A DNA stretch of 63,812 nt, counting the filler, from Octopus bimaculoides (Eukaryota): NCBI RefSeq assembly GCF_001194135.2. It is 7 parts of 7 records of this genome, joined end to end, with 100 filler letters (N's around TTAATTAATTAA, not from the genome) between each part and the next. Parts side by side here need not be neighbours in the genome. Positions count along the whole stretch, not along the records: positions 26,600 to 46,690 come from NC_068981.1; positions 46,791 to 54,186 come from NC_068991.1; 5 more parts are not named here. The stretch is one strand, 5' to 3'. Position numbers and translations under genes: made by a program. The notes under the pieces were generated by a model. It was not told the DNA's origin, searched no databases, and was given only the letters and a program-made list of their open reading frames with translations. Positions within the stretch are counted from its first letter, which is position 1, and each line of letters opens with the position of its first letter. Below, piece by piece: positions 34,122 through 47,612 of this stretch.

Positions 34122-35718
34122 TGTGTGTGTATTTATACACACACACACACATAACACATATTTATAAATACATGGCCTCCAGTGTTAGCTGTGAAATACT
34201 CTATACCCACCATTCTTGAGAACTCAGTAGTAATGGATCTCTTGTTATAAAACATACAAGGGATCGATGTAAGGGTTATCTTATAAACAAACACTACATG
34301 TTAATGTGCATGATTTCAGGCAACACCAGTAACTGTTTATCAAAATATACAAGGGTGTTCGTTTTGTAGGATCTAAAAGAGAGAATGTGGTTTTAATGCC
34401 AGTGGGAAAAACGAAAGTAATGTGTAATGTTTCATAAACAAAGATAGACATATATCCTTCTTGTGCATGTTTCAGTAATTTCACTACGGCCATACCGGGG
34501 CAGTGCCTTGAAGAATTTTATCCGATCTAATCAACCCCAGCACTTATTGTTTAAGCCTGGTACTTATTCTATCGCTCTGTTTTGCTGCATCGCCAGGTTA
34601 CGCGGACATGAGTACACCAGCATCTGTTGTCAAGCAGCGCTGTGCGACAAATACAGTCACACACACACACACAAACATACATATCTGTATACATACATAA
34701 ATTCATTTATATATANNNNNNNNNNNNNNNNNNNNNNNNNNNNNNNNNNNNNNNNNNNNNNNNNNNNNNNNNNNNNNNNNNNNNNNNNNNNNNNNNNNNN
34801 NNNNNNNNNNNNNNNNNNNNNNNNNNNNNNNNNNNNNNNNNNNNNNNNNNNNNNNNNNNNNNNNNNNNNNNNNNNNNNNNNNNNNNNNNNNNNNNNNNNN
34901 NNNNNNNNNNNNNNNNNNNNNNNNNNNNNNNNNNNNNNNNNNNNNNNNNNNNNNNNNNNNNNNNNNNNNNNNNNNNNNNNNNNNNNNNNNNNNNNNNNNN
35001 NNNNNNNNNNNNNNNNNNNNNNNNNNNNNNNNNNNNNNNNNNNNNNNNNNNNNNNNNNNNNNNNNNNNNNNNNNNNNNNNNNNNNNNNNNNNNNNNNNNN
35101 NNNNNNNNNNNNNNNNNNNNNNNNNNNNNNNNNNNNNNNNNNNNNNNNNNNNNNNNNNNNNNNNNNNNNNNNNNNNNNNNNNNNNNNNNNNNNNNNNNNN
35201 NNNNNNNNNNNNNNNNNNNNNNNNNNNNNNNNNNNNNNNNNNNNNNNNNNNNNNNNNNNNNNNNNNNNNNNNNNNNNNNNNNNNNNNNNNNNNNNNNNNN
35301 NNNNNNNNNNNNNNNNNNNNNNNNNNNNNNNNNNNNNNNNNNNNNNNNNNNNNNNNNNNNNNNNNNNNNNNNNNNNNNNNNNNNNNNNNNNNNNNNNNNN
35401 NNNNNNNNNNNNNNNNNNNNNNNNNNNNNNNNNNNNNNNNNNNNNNNNNNNNNNNNNNNNNNNNNNNNNNNNNNNNNNNNNNNNNNNNNNNNNNNNNNNN
35501 NNNNNNNNNNNNNNNNNNNNNNNNNNNNNNNNNNNNNNNNNNNNNNNNNNNNNNNNNNNNNNNNNNNNNNNNNNNNNNNNNNNNNNNNNNNNNNNNNNNN
35601 NNNNNNNNNNNNNNNNNNNNNNNNNNNNNNNNNNNNNNNNNNNNNNNNNNNNNNNNNNNNNNNNNNNNNNNTATATACATACACTTATATGTCAATATAT
35701 ATTCATATGTGCATGTAA

Positions 35719-35757
<39 letters not shown>

Positions 35758-36301
35758 TATACGCACGTATGTTTCACCATACGTTTTCTTACGTAAAGCA
35801 ATCTTTACATTTCCTAGACCCTTATTTCTAAGAGTTCATCACACCATGAAGCAGCGGTTAAAACTTCCTTTAACTTCCTTTAAGACGATGTGGTCAATGA
35901 CTACATGAGACGAATAAAAATAACATTAAAAAAACACTGCACAGGGATCCTGTGAATACATCACGCCCTTTCCGTTTCCGATCGACTGATACAGAATACC
36001 AATGTCCAAATAAGAAATAGCGTTGTCGCACCAAAATACAATTGCTCACGAAGCATTGTACGCTACACTGAATGACACTTTTTAAGATGTCTGTGCTTGT
36101 CTGCTAATTTTTTGCCTTAAAGATTGGTCAGCGGAAATGAAAGAGGGAAACCCACACGTACACACACACACACACAACACACACACACACAACACACTAC
36201 ACACACATATATAAATATGTATATATGTACGTATATATATGTGTGTGCGTATGTGTGTGTGTGTCTGTGTGTGTTTGTGCGTGTGTATGTGGATATGTAA
36301 G

Positions 36302-36351
<50 letters not shown>

Positions 36352-37987
36352 CACACATATCTATGTATGTATGTATGAATGCACATACACACATANNNNN
36401 NNNNNNNNNNNNNNNNNNNNNNNNNNNNNNNNNNNNNNNNNNNNNNNNNNNNNNNNNNNNNNNNNNNNNNNNNNNNNNNNNNNNNNNNNNNNNNNNNNNN
36501 NNNNNNNNNNNNNNNNNNNNNNNNNNNNNNNNNNNNNNNNNNNNNNNNNNNNNNNNNNNNNNNNNNNNNNNNNNNNNNNNNNNNNNNNNNNNNNNNNNNN
36601 NNNNNNNNNNNNNNNNNNNNNNNNNNNNNNNNNNNNNNNNNNNNNNNNNNNNNNNNNNNNNNNNNNNNNNNNNNNNNNNNNNNNNNNNNNNNNNNNNNNN
36701 NNNNNNNNNNNNNNNNNNNNNNNNNNNNNNNNNNNNNNNNNNNNNNNNNNNNNNNNNNNNNNNNNNNNNNNNNNNNNNNNNNNNNNNNNNNNNNNNNNNN
36801 NNNNNNNNNNNNNNNNNNNNNNNNNNNNNNNNNNNNNNNNNNNNNNNNNNNNNNNNNNNNNNNNNNNNNNNNNNNNNNNNNNNNNNNNNNNNNNNNNNNN
36901 NNNNNNNNNNNNNNNNNNNNNNNNNNNNNNNNNNNNNNNNNNNNNNNNNNNNNNNNNNNNNNNNNNNNNNNNNNNNNNNNNNNNNNNNNNNNNNNNNNNN
37001 NNNNNNNNNNNNNNNNNNNNNNNNNNNNNNNNNNNNNNNNNNNNNNNNNNNNNNNNNNNNNNNNNNNNNNNNNNNNNNNNNNNNNNNNNNNNNNNNNNNN
37101 NNATAAGTGAAATCATAGCTCAGAAAAAATAGGTACTTTATTTTACTGTGAATGGAGGAGATATGTAACAGGATTTCATGACTTGAGTGAACATATCTTG
37201 GTCAATGGATTACTTTTTTGGAAGACATTCAATCCTAGTCAAGTACGTGCATGGTCTTATTCGAAACTTATGGTCTGTCCAGTAGGATTGTTTATTTCAG
37301 GCGAAACCTGATACGTAATACATAAATAAATGAATGAATAATACATAAATACATATATACACACAGAAAAACAGATATGCAATATGTATATATCTCTATT
37401 TCTAAATGCATGTATGTATAGATGGATGGATGGATGGATGGATGGATGAATGGATGGATAGATGGATGGATAGATGGATGGATAGATGGATGGATCAATC
37501 GATCGATGAATGGATGGATGTATATGACTATACATGTTAAGTGTATATGTATACATATATAAATGTATGCCTATAAGCATTTAAGTTTGTGCACGTGTCC
37601 GTCCACGTGTGAGTGTATATAAACGTTTACAAAAGAATATAAGAATACATATACACATATACATATAAGCATGGACGCATGCTAACTTTTACTTACTTAT
37701 CCGTATACATGCATATATATGTATATATGTATGTATATATATATATGTATATATATATATATNNNNNNNNNNNNNNNNNNNNNNNNNNNNNNNNNNNNNN
37801 NNNNNNNNNNNNNNNNNNNNNNNNNNNNNNNNNNNNNNNNNNNNNNNNNNNNNNNNNNNNNNNNNTATGCGTATATACATGTTTATGCATATGCATATAT
37901 ATGTATGTATATCTATCTGTCAATGAATGACTCAGTCTATCTATCTACCCATCCATCTATCTACACACACACACGCACGCGCATGCA

Positions 37988-38020
<33 letters not shown>

Positions 38021-38662
38021 CTATGTAGTGTATGTATGTATACCAATTTATGTATCTATCTACATATCTGCACGTGTATGTTCACACACGAAGTACTAAA
38101 ATTGAAAGCTTCTCTGCCTCTACCGTGAAATGCGCAATAACATGACATTGAATCTATGACATATTTCGATTGATGTATTCTTAAAACATATTCTTTTTCC
38201 TACAAAGTCCCTCGAATCCGAAAAACCGAAAAAATGCTGGTAAGTTATTTTAAATACGCAGAAATTAATCATTCTATCGGCCATTCATGAAAGGGAGACA
38301 ATTGGCGAATGACGTCGAAATGGAAGACCAGCGAATACATAGGGGTATGTCAAGAAGAAAAATTGATCCGATATCCTTACAGTACTAGAAAAGCTCAAGA
38401 AATAGCAGCTTAGATGTAACAGTAGCCAAGAAAAATAAATGATGCCATGTGATAGAGTAAGGCAAAGAGAGATTAATTATAGGTTTATGGGTATATGCTT
38501 GTATGCAACACTCATACACATATGATAGTAGACTCTCGTTGTCCGAGAAAGACGGTTCTCAAATTTCTTTCTGAACAAGTTGCACGAATGAATTGTTTAC
38601 TGCGTTCAAATGTTTATGCTGCACATTAGCTCACTCTCAATAGGTGCATAGTGAACAATATA

Positions 38663-39075
38663 GGCGCAGGAGTGGCTGTGTGGTAAGTAGCTTGCTTACC
38701 AGCCACATGGTCCTGGGTTCAGTCCCACTGGTGGCACCTTGGGCAAGTGTCTTCTACTATAGCCTCGGGCCGACCAGAGCCTTGTGAGTGGATTTGGTAG
38801 ACGGAAACTGAAAGAAGCCCGTCGTATATATGTATATGTATATATGTATGTGTGTATATGTTTGTGTGTCTGTGTTTGTCCCCCCCCCCAACTTCGCTTG
38901 ACAACCGAGGCTGGTGTGTTTACGTCCCCGTAACTTAGCAGTTCGGCAAAAATGACCGATAGAATAAGTACTAGGCTTACAAAGAATAAGTCCTGGGGCC
39001 TATTTGCTCGACTAAAAGGCGGTGCCCCATCATGGCCGCAGTCAAATGACTGAAACAAATAAAAGAGTAAAAGAG
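38663..39075 (+). mobile_element. Full-length OK-like SINE with internal (TA/TG)n tract
   Basis: tRNA-like head, internal microsatellite, 3' half ...CAGCATGGCCGCAGTCAAATGACTGAAACAAGTAAAAGAG type. Similar copies lie at 39920-40275, 49440-49853 and 57971-58210. Confidence 0.85.
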
Positions 39076-40290
39076 TAATATGTCAGATGTTGAAGTGGTC
39101 GAACAGCAATGTGAGATGAAGTGTTTTGAACAAAAACACAATGCACCAGCTGGCCCAAGAATTGATCGTGAGTGCATTACTCCAACCACTAGGCCATGCG
39201 CCTTCACACATAGACACGTGCACAAATATGTTATATTTACATATCATGCTATAATAGAAATTTACGATCGTGTCATTCCAATGTTGAAGATATCATTTCA
39301 TAACATCAGTAATTGCCCAAAAATTTTCCACGAGATGCTACTTTCCTGTGTGACATGAGATTGTCCCTGAGAGAGTCAACAATACTATACATAAGATTTG
39401 TCTTGACGGCTCTACCATCGTTACGCCAAGATCAGATATTGTCTACATCTGTTAAAGATCTAATAAAAACAACAAGTCGATGAAAGACGAACAGAGCCGA
39501 TATTCTTTTCTACTCTAGTCACAAGGCCCGACATTTTGGGTGAGAGGGCCAGTCGACAAGATCGACCCTAGTACACAATTGGTATTTAATTTATTGACCC
39601 CGAGAGAATGAAAGGCAAAGTCTACACAGCGGAGTTTGAACTAAGAACGTAAAGACAGACGAAAGATATCTCTAAGCATATATATATATATATANNNNNN
39701 NNNNNNNNNNNNNNNNNNNNNNNNNNNNNNNNNNNNNNNNNNNNNNNNNNNNNNNNNNNNNNNNNNNNNNNNNNNNNNNNNNNNNNNNNNNNNNNNNNNN
39801 NNNNNNNNNNNNNNNNNNNNNNNNNNNNNNNNNNNNNNNNNNNNNNNNNNNNNNNNNNNNNNNNNNNNNNNNNNGGCAGAAACGTTAGCATACCGGGCAA
39901 AATATATATATATATATATTGACTGTGTGGTGAGTAGCTTGCTTGCCAGCCACATGGTTCCGGGTCCAGTCTCTCTGCGTGGTACCTTGGGCAGGTGTCT
40001 TCTACTTGAGCCTTCTGGGTGGATTTGGAAGACGGAAACTGAAAGAATCATGTCGTATATATAATCACGTATGTGTTTATGTGTCTGTGTTTGTCCGCCA
40101 CCACTATCACCACCATCGCTTGAGAACCGATGTTGGAGTGTTTACTTCTCTGTAAACAGCGGTTCAGCAAAAGAGACGGATAGAATAAGTACTAGGCTTA
40201 TAAAGAATAAAGGCGACTAAAGGCGGTGATCCAGCATGGCCGCAGTCAAATGACTGAAACAAGTAAAAGAAAGAAAAGAAAATATGCATA

Positions 40291-40520
40291 CAGGGGTTGG
40301 ACAAAATAATGGAAACTCCTTAAAATTGCAAACAAATTTATTTTACTATGGAGTAATTACAGTAATTACAGCTTGAATTCTACGAGGTATGAACTCGTAC
40401 AAAGTTTGATTTGTTTCCATAGGAATTTTTGTCCATTCTTCAGCGAAAACAGTCTCCAGTCCTTGTAGTAATGATGGTACATGTTATGGACTCCTGACTG
40501 GTTTTTCTAAGGAAAAAATT
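40291..40520 (-). mobile_element. Tc1-like transposon end with transposase C-terminus
   Basis: TA|CAGGGGTTGGACAAAATAATGGAAAC terminal repeat; minus strand reads LETVFAEEWTKIPMETNQTLYEFIPRRIQAVI. Confidence 0.7.
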
Positions 40521-40712
40521 ATATNNNNNNNNNNNNNNNNNNNNNNNNNNNNNNNNATATATAATTATAACCGTTGAGAATATGGAGACTTGGTACATCC
40601 TCAAAATTTATTTCCTTTTTATTTTACAATGTATTACACCAATTTTTTGGTTACGACGACCGACACGTGTTTCCACTGCACCCAATATAGGCAGTTGCAT
40701 ATACAACCACCC

Positions 40713-40793
<81 letters not shown>

Positions 40794-43341
40794 AAGACAG
40801 ACAGACAGACAGAAATACATCTACAAACGTGTACGAATAGCTGTAGGAAATTACTATTGGAAAGCATTCAACCTTATTCCCCATTCATGGTTGCTGAAAT
40901 TTCTGCACTTGGCAAAAATACTATCTACTTTAGTCGCTGCCAATGAGAGCCTCGTAAAATCTTAGTCAACAATCTTCACATCATCGTCTCCAGTATTAAA
41001 AATATGTTAAGGGGAATATTCCATGAACATTCTCTTCTGTAGTTCTCTTCAGTTCGGTATTAAATCAATTCTCAGTTCTTCTACAAAATCCAATGACTAT
41101 ATGCTAGAATTTGCAGCTACTAGAATTGTTTATGTAACCAATAATGATGATATGAAGATCTATACTCCAAATGTGTACAATTAAAAAAAAAGTTAAAATC
41201 AGCTGCGGTTAGAAACAATTTTTAAATGATATCGAAACGGAATTTTGCAAAAGTAGTCTTCGTTTTTATTTGTTGAACATGGAAAATCAGTTCCCCACAC
41301 CACAAATCTATGCATCAACGCTTTCTCTCTGCTTCACAGAGTGACTGCTTGAAGGTTCTGTAAATAAAGATTTAAGTGACCCGAGACTGTAACCCCAAAC
41401 TTAAAAATATATGATTGTTGGGGGTGCTCTTTTACAATCTGAACATATTTCACAATGCATTTGCAGTACTAGTGCTGATACTAATATTTCGATTACTTCA
41501 CTGGTTAATAGAAGAAATCGACTCTATAGAAATTAAAATCCACAAGATTCTGACATATACTAGAAGCTTCCACAGAAAGAGTGATATGGAAAAGCTGAAG
41601 AATGTAAAGGCTTGAGGTCCGTGTAGACATCCTTAGAATATCGTAGTCTCTCGCAGACAGCACCTGATGAACAACATCAGCAAAAATAAAAGTTGTAAAA
41701 GTAAAAGTCGGCAGTAAGCTTCTCAGGAAGTAGTTTCTAATTAACGCTCAGTTACTGAACCAAACACAGATAGTCTAGCATACTCCAAAAAAGACCTAAA
41801 TGTGAAATGTTCAGCAAAGCAAAAACAAAACAAAAACAATGCATACATACGTTTTCCGAAGACTTGCAGATGACACTAATATCGCCCGTTTATATCACAT
41901 CACACTTCGAAGGTTAACGTTTGGCAATCCACAAACAGGAGATTGCTACAAAGTACCAATCACACAGAAGAGACTGTGATGCCTATGAAGCCCCAAGATG
42001 CAGCCAAAAATGTCGTCTATACCATATCCCTGTGGAATACGACGCACATGCAATCAGAAGCTTCCAAAATATGTCATCAGGGTATTACTTCGCAAAACCT
42101 CGTGAGATTGTCGCTAAAACACAATTCAGTGCGAACCAAAAATAGATACTCTCGATTCTCCTTCTGAATATATACAGTAACATCAACACAGAGAACATTC
42201 CCATCAAAACCGCTAGCAAGTGAAGACATAGAAGACCGAACATCGTTGCCGGGGATAGGTAAGCAATATTATGTACTGTCATAGAAGTCAACTGCGCTGA
42301 TGATGTGAATGACTCTTTGAAAATATAAGAGAAAGAGGAATCTACGTGTGACTTCTTGGAAAGCTACAACTTTTCAACACATGTCATGTATTTGCATGTA
42401 TACTAATAGTTCTTTCAAATATAGTACATTTGTATTTGGTGCAGTTGGCATTGTTACTAAATGTCTAAGTGACAATCTGATAGAGTGGTGTTTGCAGAAA
42501 AGACAGAATCATCCGTTAACACACACATTACAAATAGTCTCTAAGCCTATTTGTATAACATGTAAAATTATGCAAGCCTTTTCTCATTTTCAACATGCAA
42601 CATTGTTTTGTAATCTACATTTCAACAATGGCGTTTTGCCCGAAATCTTCCTTAAAGGATAGATTTCAGATTGAATCATTCAGTTGTCCAACTGCAAGAC
42701 AAATTTGGAGTTTCGTCATTCTAGTTTCAATCGACGCTTCCATTTTTTGCTACTATGACCACCAAAACACACAACACCAAAATAAATTTAATACTTACAA
42801 TATAACTAACTAGTTTTGCTTTACTCAAAAGAACGTCTTACATTTAAAAACTCGATATTCCTGCGTTCATTGCCGATGTCTATATATTCTAGTAATATCG
42901 CTGAGACGAATCAATCAATTACGTCCCTCGAGTTTAACATATGAAAAATAACTACGTTTGCAGAAGAATGTAAAGTAAAGAGGGTGAGCAAACACGAAAG
43001 AAGAAAGAAAATATTGCTGTCATGGAGAGAAGTTGACATATGCCTTTTTGATTTTGACAATGATTACAATCTATCGCCTATTTTCAATTTTCGGTTGGAA
43101 GGATCACATAACTTAACGTTTATGCAAAAGTAAAACTTGATATCACACAAAGCGCAAATTCCTACAACACAAAACAATATAACCTTCCTCACACTTTCTC
43201 CCTCTCTTAGTCACTCTTTCTGTTTCCCTCTCTCCCTCTGTCTCTGCCTCTCTCTTTCTCTCTTTCTGTCTATCTGTCCGTCTGCCTCTGTTTCTCTCTC
43301 TTTCTCTGTCTCTCTCTGCCTTTCTCTCTGTCTTTCTCTTC

Positions 43342-43377
<36 letters not shown>

Positions 43378-43405
43378 TTATCTCTCTCTTTCTCTCTCTC
43401 TCTCT

Positions 43406-43472
<67 letters not shown>

Positions 43473-44734
43473 CATATCTCTATATCTCCGTGAAAATGTC
43501 AGTATACGTTGCAGGTTTGAAAATATGTTTTATGAATCCGAGGTATTGTTTCTGAAGAGAAATGTTACAACGCCCTAGGTAAGTTATATGTTTTGAAAAT
43601 ACAAATGCGGAGTGGGAATTAACTTTAATGGAGTATGTATAAATATATAGATATGGTTGTAATCAGAACCAATGCTGATAAGATCATGTAATGGTTAAAC
43701 TTCTTCCACGCTAATAATTTTTGTTTATAGATATCCGTGTATTAGCGTTGAAATTGAACAAAGTGTTTGTCCATACCGTCTCTTAATAGTTAATTTACAC
43801 AAACACCCATATATGTACACATATATGTACACTCCTTTTGTTATTTACACCACCTGTCCTCGTCTGTTGTTGTTTTTTCGTACATTCTCCCATATATATA
43901 TATATATATATATATANNNNNNNNNNNNNNNNNNNNNNNNNNNNNNNNNNNNNNNNNNNNNNNNNNNNNNNNNNNNNNNNNNNNNNNNNNNNNNNNNNNN
44001 NNNNNNNNNNNNNNNNNNNNNNNNNNNNNNNNNNNNNNNNNNNNNNNNNNNNNNNNNNNNNNNNNNNNNNNNNNNNNNNNNNNNNNNNNNNNNNNNNNNN
44101 NNNNNNNNNNNNNNNNNNNNNNNNNNNNNNNNNNNNNNNNNNNNNNNNNNNNNNNNNNNNNNNNNNNNNNNNNNNNNNNNNNNNNNNNNNNNNNNNNNNN
44201 NNNNNNNNNNNNNNNNNNNNNNNNNNNNNNNNNNNNNNNNNNNNNNNNNNNNNNNNNNNNNNNNNNNNNNNNNNNNNNNNNNNNNNNNNNNNNNNNNNNN
44301 NNNNNNNNNNNNNNNNNNNNNNNNTATATATATATATATATATATATAGGCGTGTACTTATGATGAAATACTCATTTTAACCATTTAAGTATACACAAAA
44401 CTTTCCAGAGAATTGCTAAAATGTGTTATATCTGTGACGTGTAATTGTCCTAGCCTATCTGGAGACGATTATATCAATGACCAAATCATAGACCTGCCAT
44501 GAAACTGTTTGATGCTCCGTAACAGTTTCAAAAATTGAGAAATGGTAAGAGAAATGTGGCCTTTTCTATGTAATTGTAAGAAGTTCAACTTACGCTCTGA
44601 GACCAGTTCAGTCGTTACACATACATTTCCGAAACACTGACGTACAAACACAAATACACACATACATACGCAGGAACACGCTTGAACACACATACACATG
44701 TGTACATATACATGTGTGTGTGTGTGTGTGTGTG

Positions 44735-44782
<48 letters not shown>

Positions 44783-46790
44783 GATATATATATACATTCA
44801 CACGTATGTTTAAACGTATATGTACGTATCTGTGTGTATTGGTGTGTATAAATGTATACGCATTTAAATGCTTATACTTGTGAATGTTATTTCTGATTCT
44901 GCTACTTGTTGAAAGAAGATTTAATAACTTGCAAAGCGTCTCAGAATTCTATCCTACTGTTTACCTATCAAATTTATTCGCAAATAATCTTTATTCCATT
45001 CTACTACAACTACTACTACCGCTGCTGCTGCTGCTGCTGCTACTACTACTACTACTACTGCTGCTGCCGCTGCTGCTGCTGCTGCTGCTGCTGCTTCTTT
45101 TGTTACTTAACTACAAATAACAGTACGATAAAAAAGAAAATGTTTAATACATCGTTAAAGTTCGTTCCGCACTGCTTTAGATTCTAATAGCGTAAATAAT
45201 CTTTCCAAGCTTAACAAATCAATCAATTAGTGAATAATGCATTTCTAGCGAGTATTAAACAATAAGTACCGTAGTGAGATAGTTTATCAAATAGTTAATA
45301 TGAAATTATATCGTAAAAGGGAGGATGTTGCTGGCATTGCTTTATTTGACGGTTATGTGTCATGGGACTATAACAAGCTTCCTCTATCGGAAATAACTTT
45401 AAGGGTCACTCAGACGACAGCAGCAATGATATGATTTTTTGTAGTATAACCAAGATGCATTGTAAGGTAGGTAATATACAACTTATGGTACATTACTCCA
45501 ACTAGAGACTTAGTTTGCGTACTCGCAATACAGTGAGTTCCACCTAAGTGTGAAGCGCTGATGTTCAATAAAGCGAGAGAATGAATCTAGCATCCAATAA
45601 CGAATGCATTCAATTCAACAGATGTCCCTCAAACTGTTTAGCTGGCCTAAATTCTGCAGCATACGACAGCTCATGGAACACAAATAACAGGTAGTCCTCC
45701 TGTTAATTAATTCATTGTCTCCGTACCACCGTCGTTGGGGCAAAGTTCTCAGACATCTTCTCAAAAGTTGCCTATCAGGAGCAAAAGTCATTAGAATTTA
45801 TGACTTGATTCCCAATGATGACCAAACGAGACTATGGATATTATCCAAACATCTAATACTTGCTCTACCACTAGGTCTCCTGCCGACTGGATCAGCTTTT
45901 GAATAATGCAGAAAAGAATCAGCTCGATATGGACAGAGCCTCTGATCGCTGAGCGCCGCACCTGTCGAGTAAGTTTACTCCAGAGACCATTCTAAAGAAT
46001 CCTATTTCGGCAGTTTGTAGTCGCCAGCGAAATCTCCTAATCATCACCCAACATTACTGAATGACTTTATGAATTGAAGAGAGCGAATTTGGTATATTTT
46101 TATCTACCGCTTCTCCTCCGAGGATCGCATTCTGAGACATTTGTCCTCTCAACATTGTCTTCGCAGTGCACTCTGCATGATAGCGGAATACCTCTGAAAC
46201 AAGTAGCCGTATTCAAGACGGATGGAAGACAGAAGACTGATGTTGCAATTGCAAGAAGTGGTAAAAGTGGTAATATAACATGATTATTTGTATTTCAACA
46301 AGATCCATTATAAACCACAACTATACAAAATATACTGGACTGTCCATGTAGCTCAGACTGAAATGAAATAACACAGCCTGACGAAGACAGTAAACGATGA
46401 AACTGAAAGTGAATATGAGAATATTTGTTCCCAAAACTAATCGATATTTTATTTAAATCTATCGAATAATCCTCCAGTCAATGTCCGACTGATTTCATTT
46501 GCATAAAAATACATACCGATGAGTATTAAAGAATATATGTGTGTGCCAATGACAGTGTATTTTATTTTGTGTCTGTTTCAATGAATTATATGCGTATTCA
46601 TATGTACACAGGCACACAAACACAGGCTCATACACACATATATGTATGCAAATATATTTACATATGTGAATATATATATATATATATATANNNNNNNNNN
46701 NNNNNNNNNNNNNNNNNNNNNNNNNNNNNNNNNNTTAATTAATTAANNNNNNNNNNNNNNNNNNNNNNNNNNNNNNNNNNNNNNNNNNNN

Positions 46791-46990
46791 GTTCTAGTTT
46801 CGTGATGGTGGCATCAGGACAAGGCACGACGGTCAGGCGGTAATCGATGACTGATGCGATATACACATTAGTCACTTCCGCCCGGCCTTTTAGAGATAAC
46901 TTTCTCTCGGCCCATGTTTGGCTGGGTTTGATCACTCTACTGGTGATCTCGTCCCAGTTCTTATCCATTTGGAGGTCCGGACTGAACCAC
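46791..46990 (-). mobile_element. Tx1/L1-clade LINE fragment (post-RT region)
   Basis: WFSPDLQMDKNWDEITSRV...WAERKLSLKGRAEVTNVYIASVIDYRLTVVPCP (LSLxGR motif). Confidence 0.85.
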
Positions 46991-47052
<62 letters not shown>

Positions 47053-47500
47053 CTCAGTGACATGCACAAATGACATTTTAACATGCGATACTACAGAATC
47101 ACTCAGTAAAATTTGTGTGTATAGCGGATGAGAGAAATGGGCAGCAAAATACTGAGGTTAGAATGTACATACACGAACAGATATTTAATCCTATATATGC
47201 ATATAAATTGCCGCCTTTACTGTTTTCTTAACTCTTTCCCTTTAAAACAACATTTTTATATGGTTCTAACCCTTCGTCCGATTTTATTTCCGTCTCTGTC
47301 TGGTCTTCTTTGTCACTTATTCTATATTTTTGTCTCCCTCCTGATGAAGAACTACCATCCGAATCGTTAAGGTACTATCTCTTTTCACTCAAGCATTAAG
47401 CTAACACCGTATTTCTTAAACTTCGTCCTTCCTGTGATTTGCTTTTTTTTTTGTCGTTCATTACATTTACCCTCTACATGCGTACACAGACACAGACACA

Positions 47501-47612
<112 letters not shown>

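Noticed and set aside
38663-38740. tRNA-like sequences
   Set aside because: They have A/B boxes but no complete cloverleaf, and they continue into SINE bodies; these are SINE heads, not tRNA genes.
42085-42291. Hydrophobic minus-strand ORF resembling GPCR TM1-TM2
   Set aside because: No GN, LAxxD or DRY motifs, and there are stops immediately downstream.
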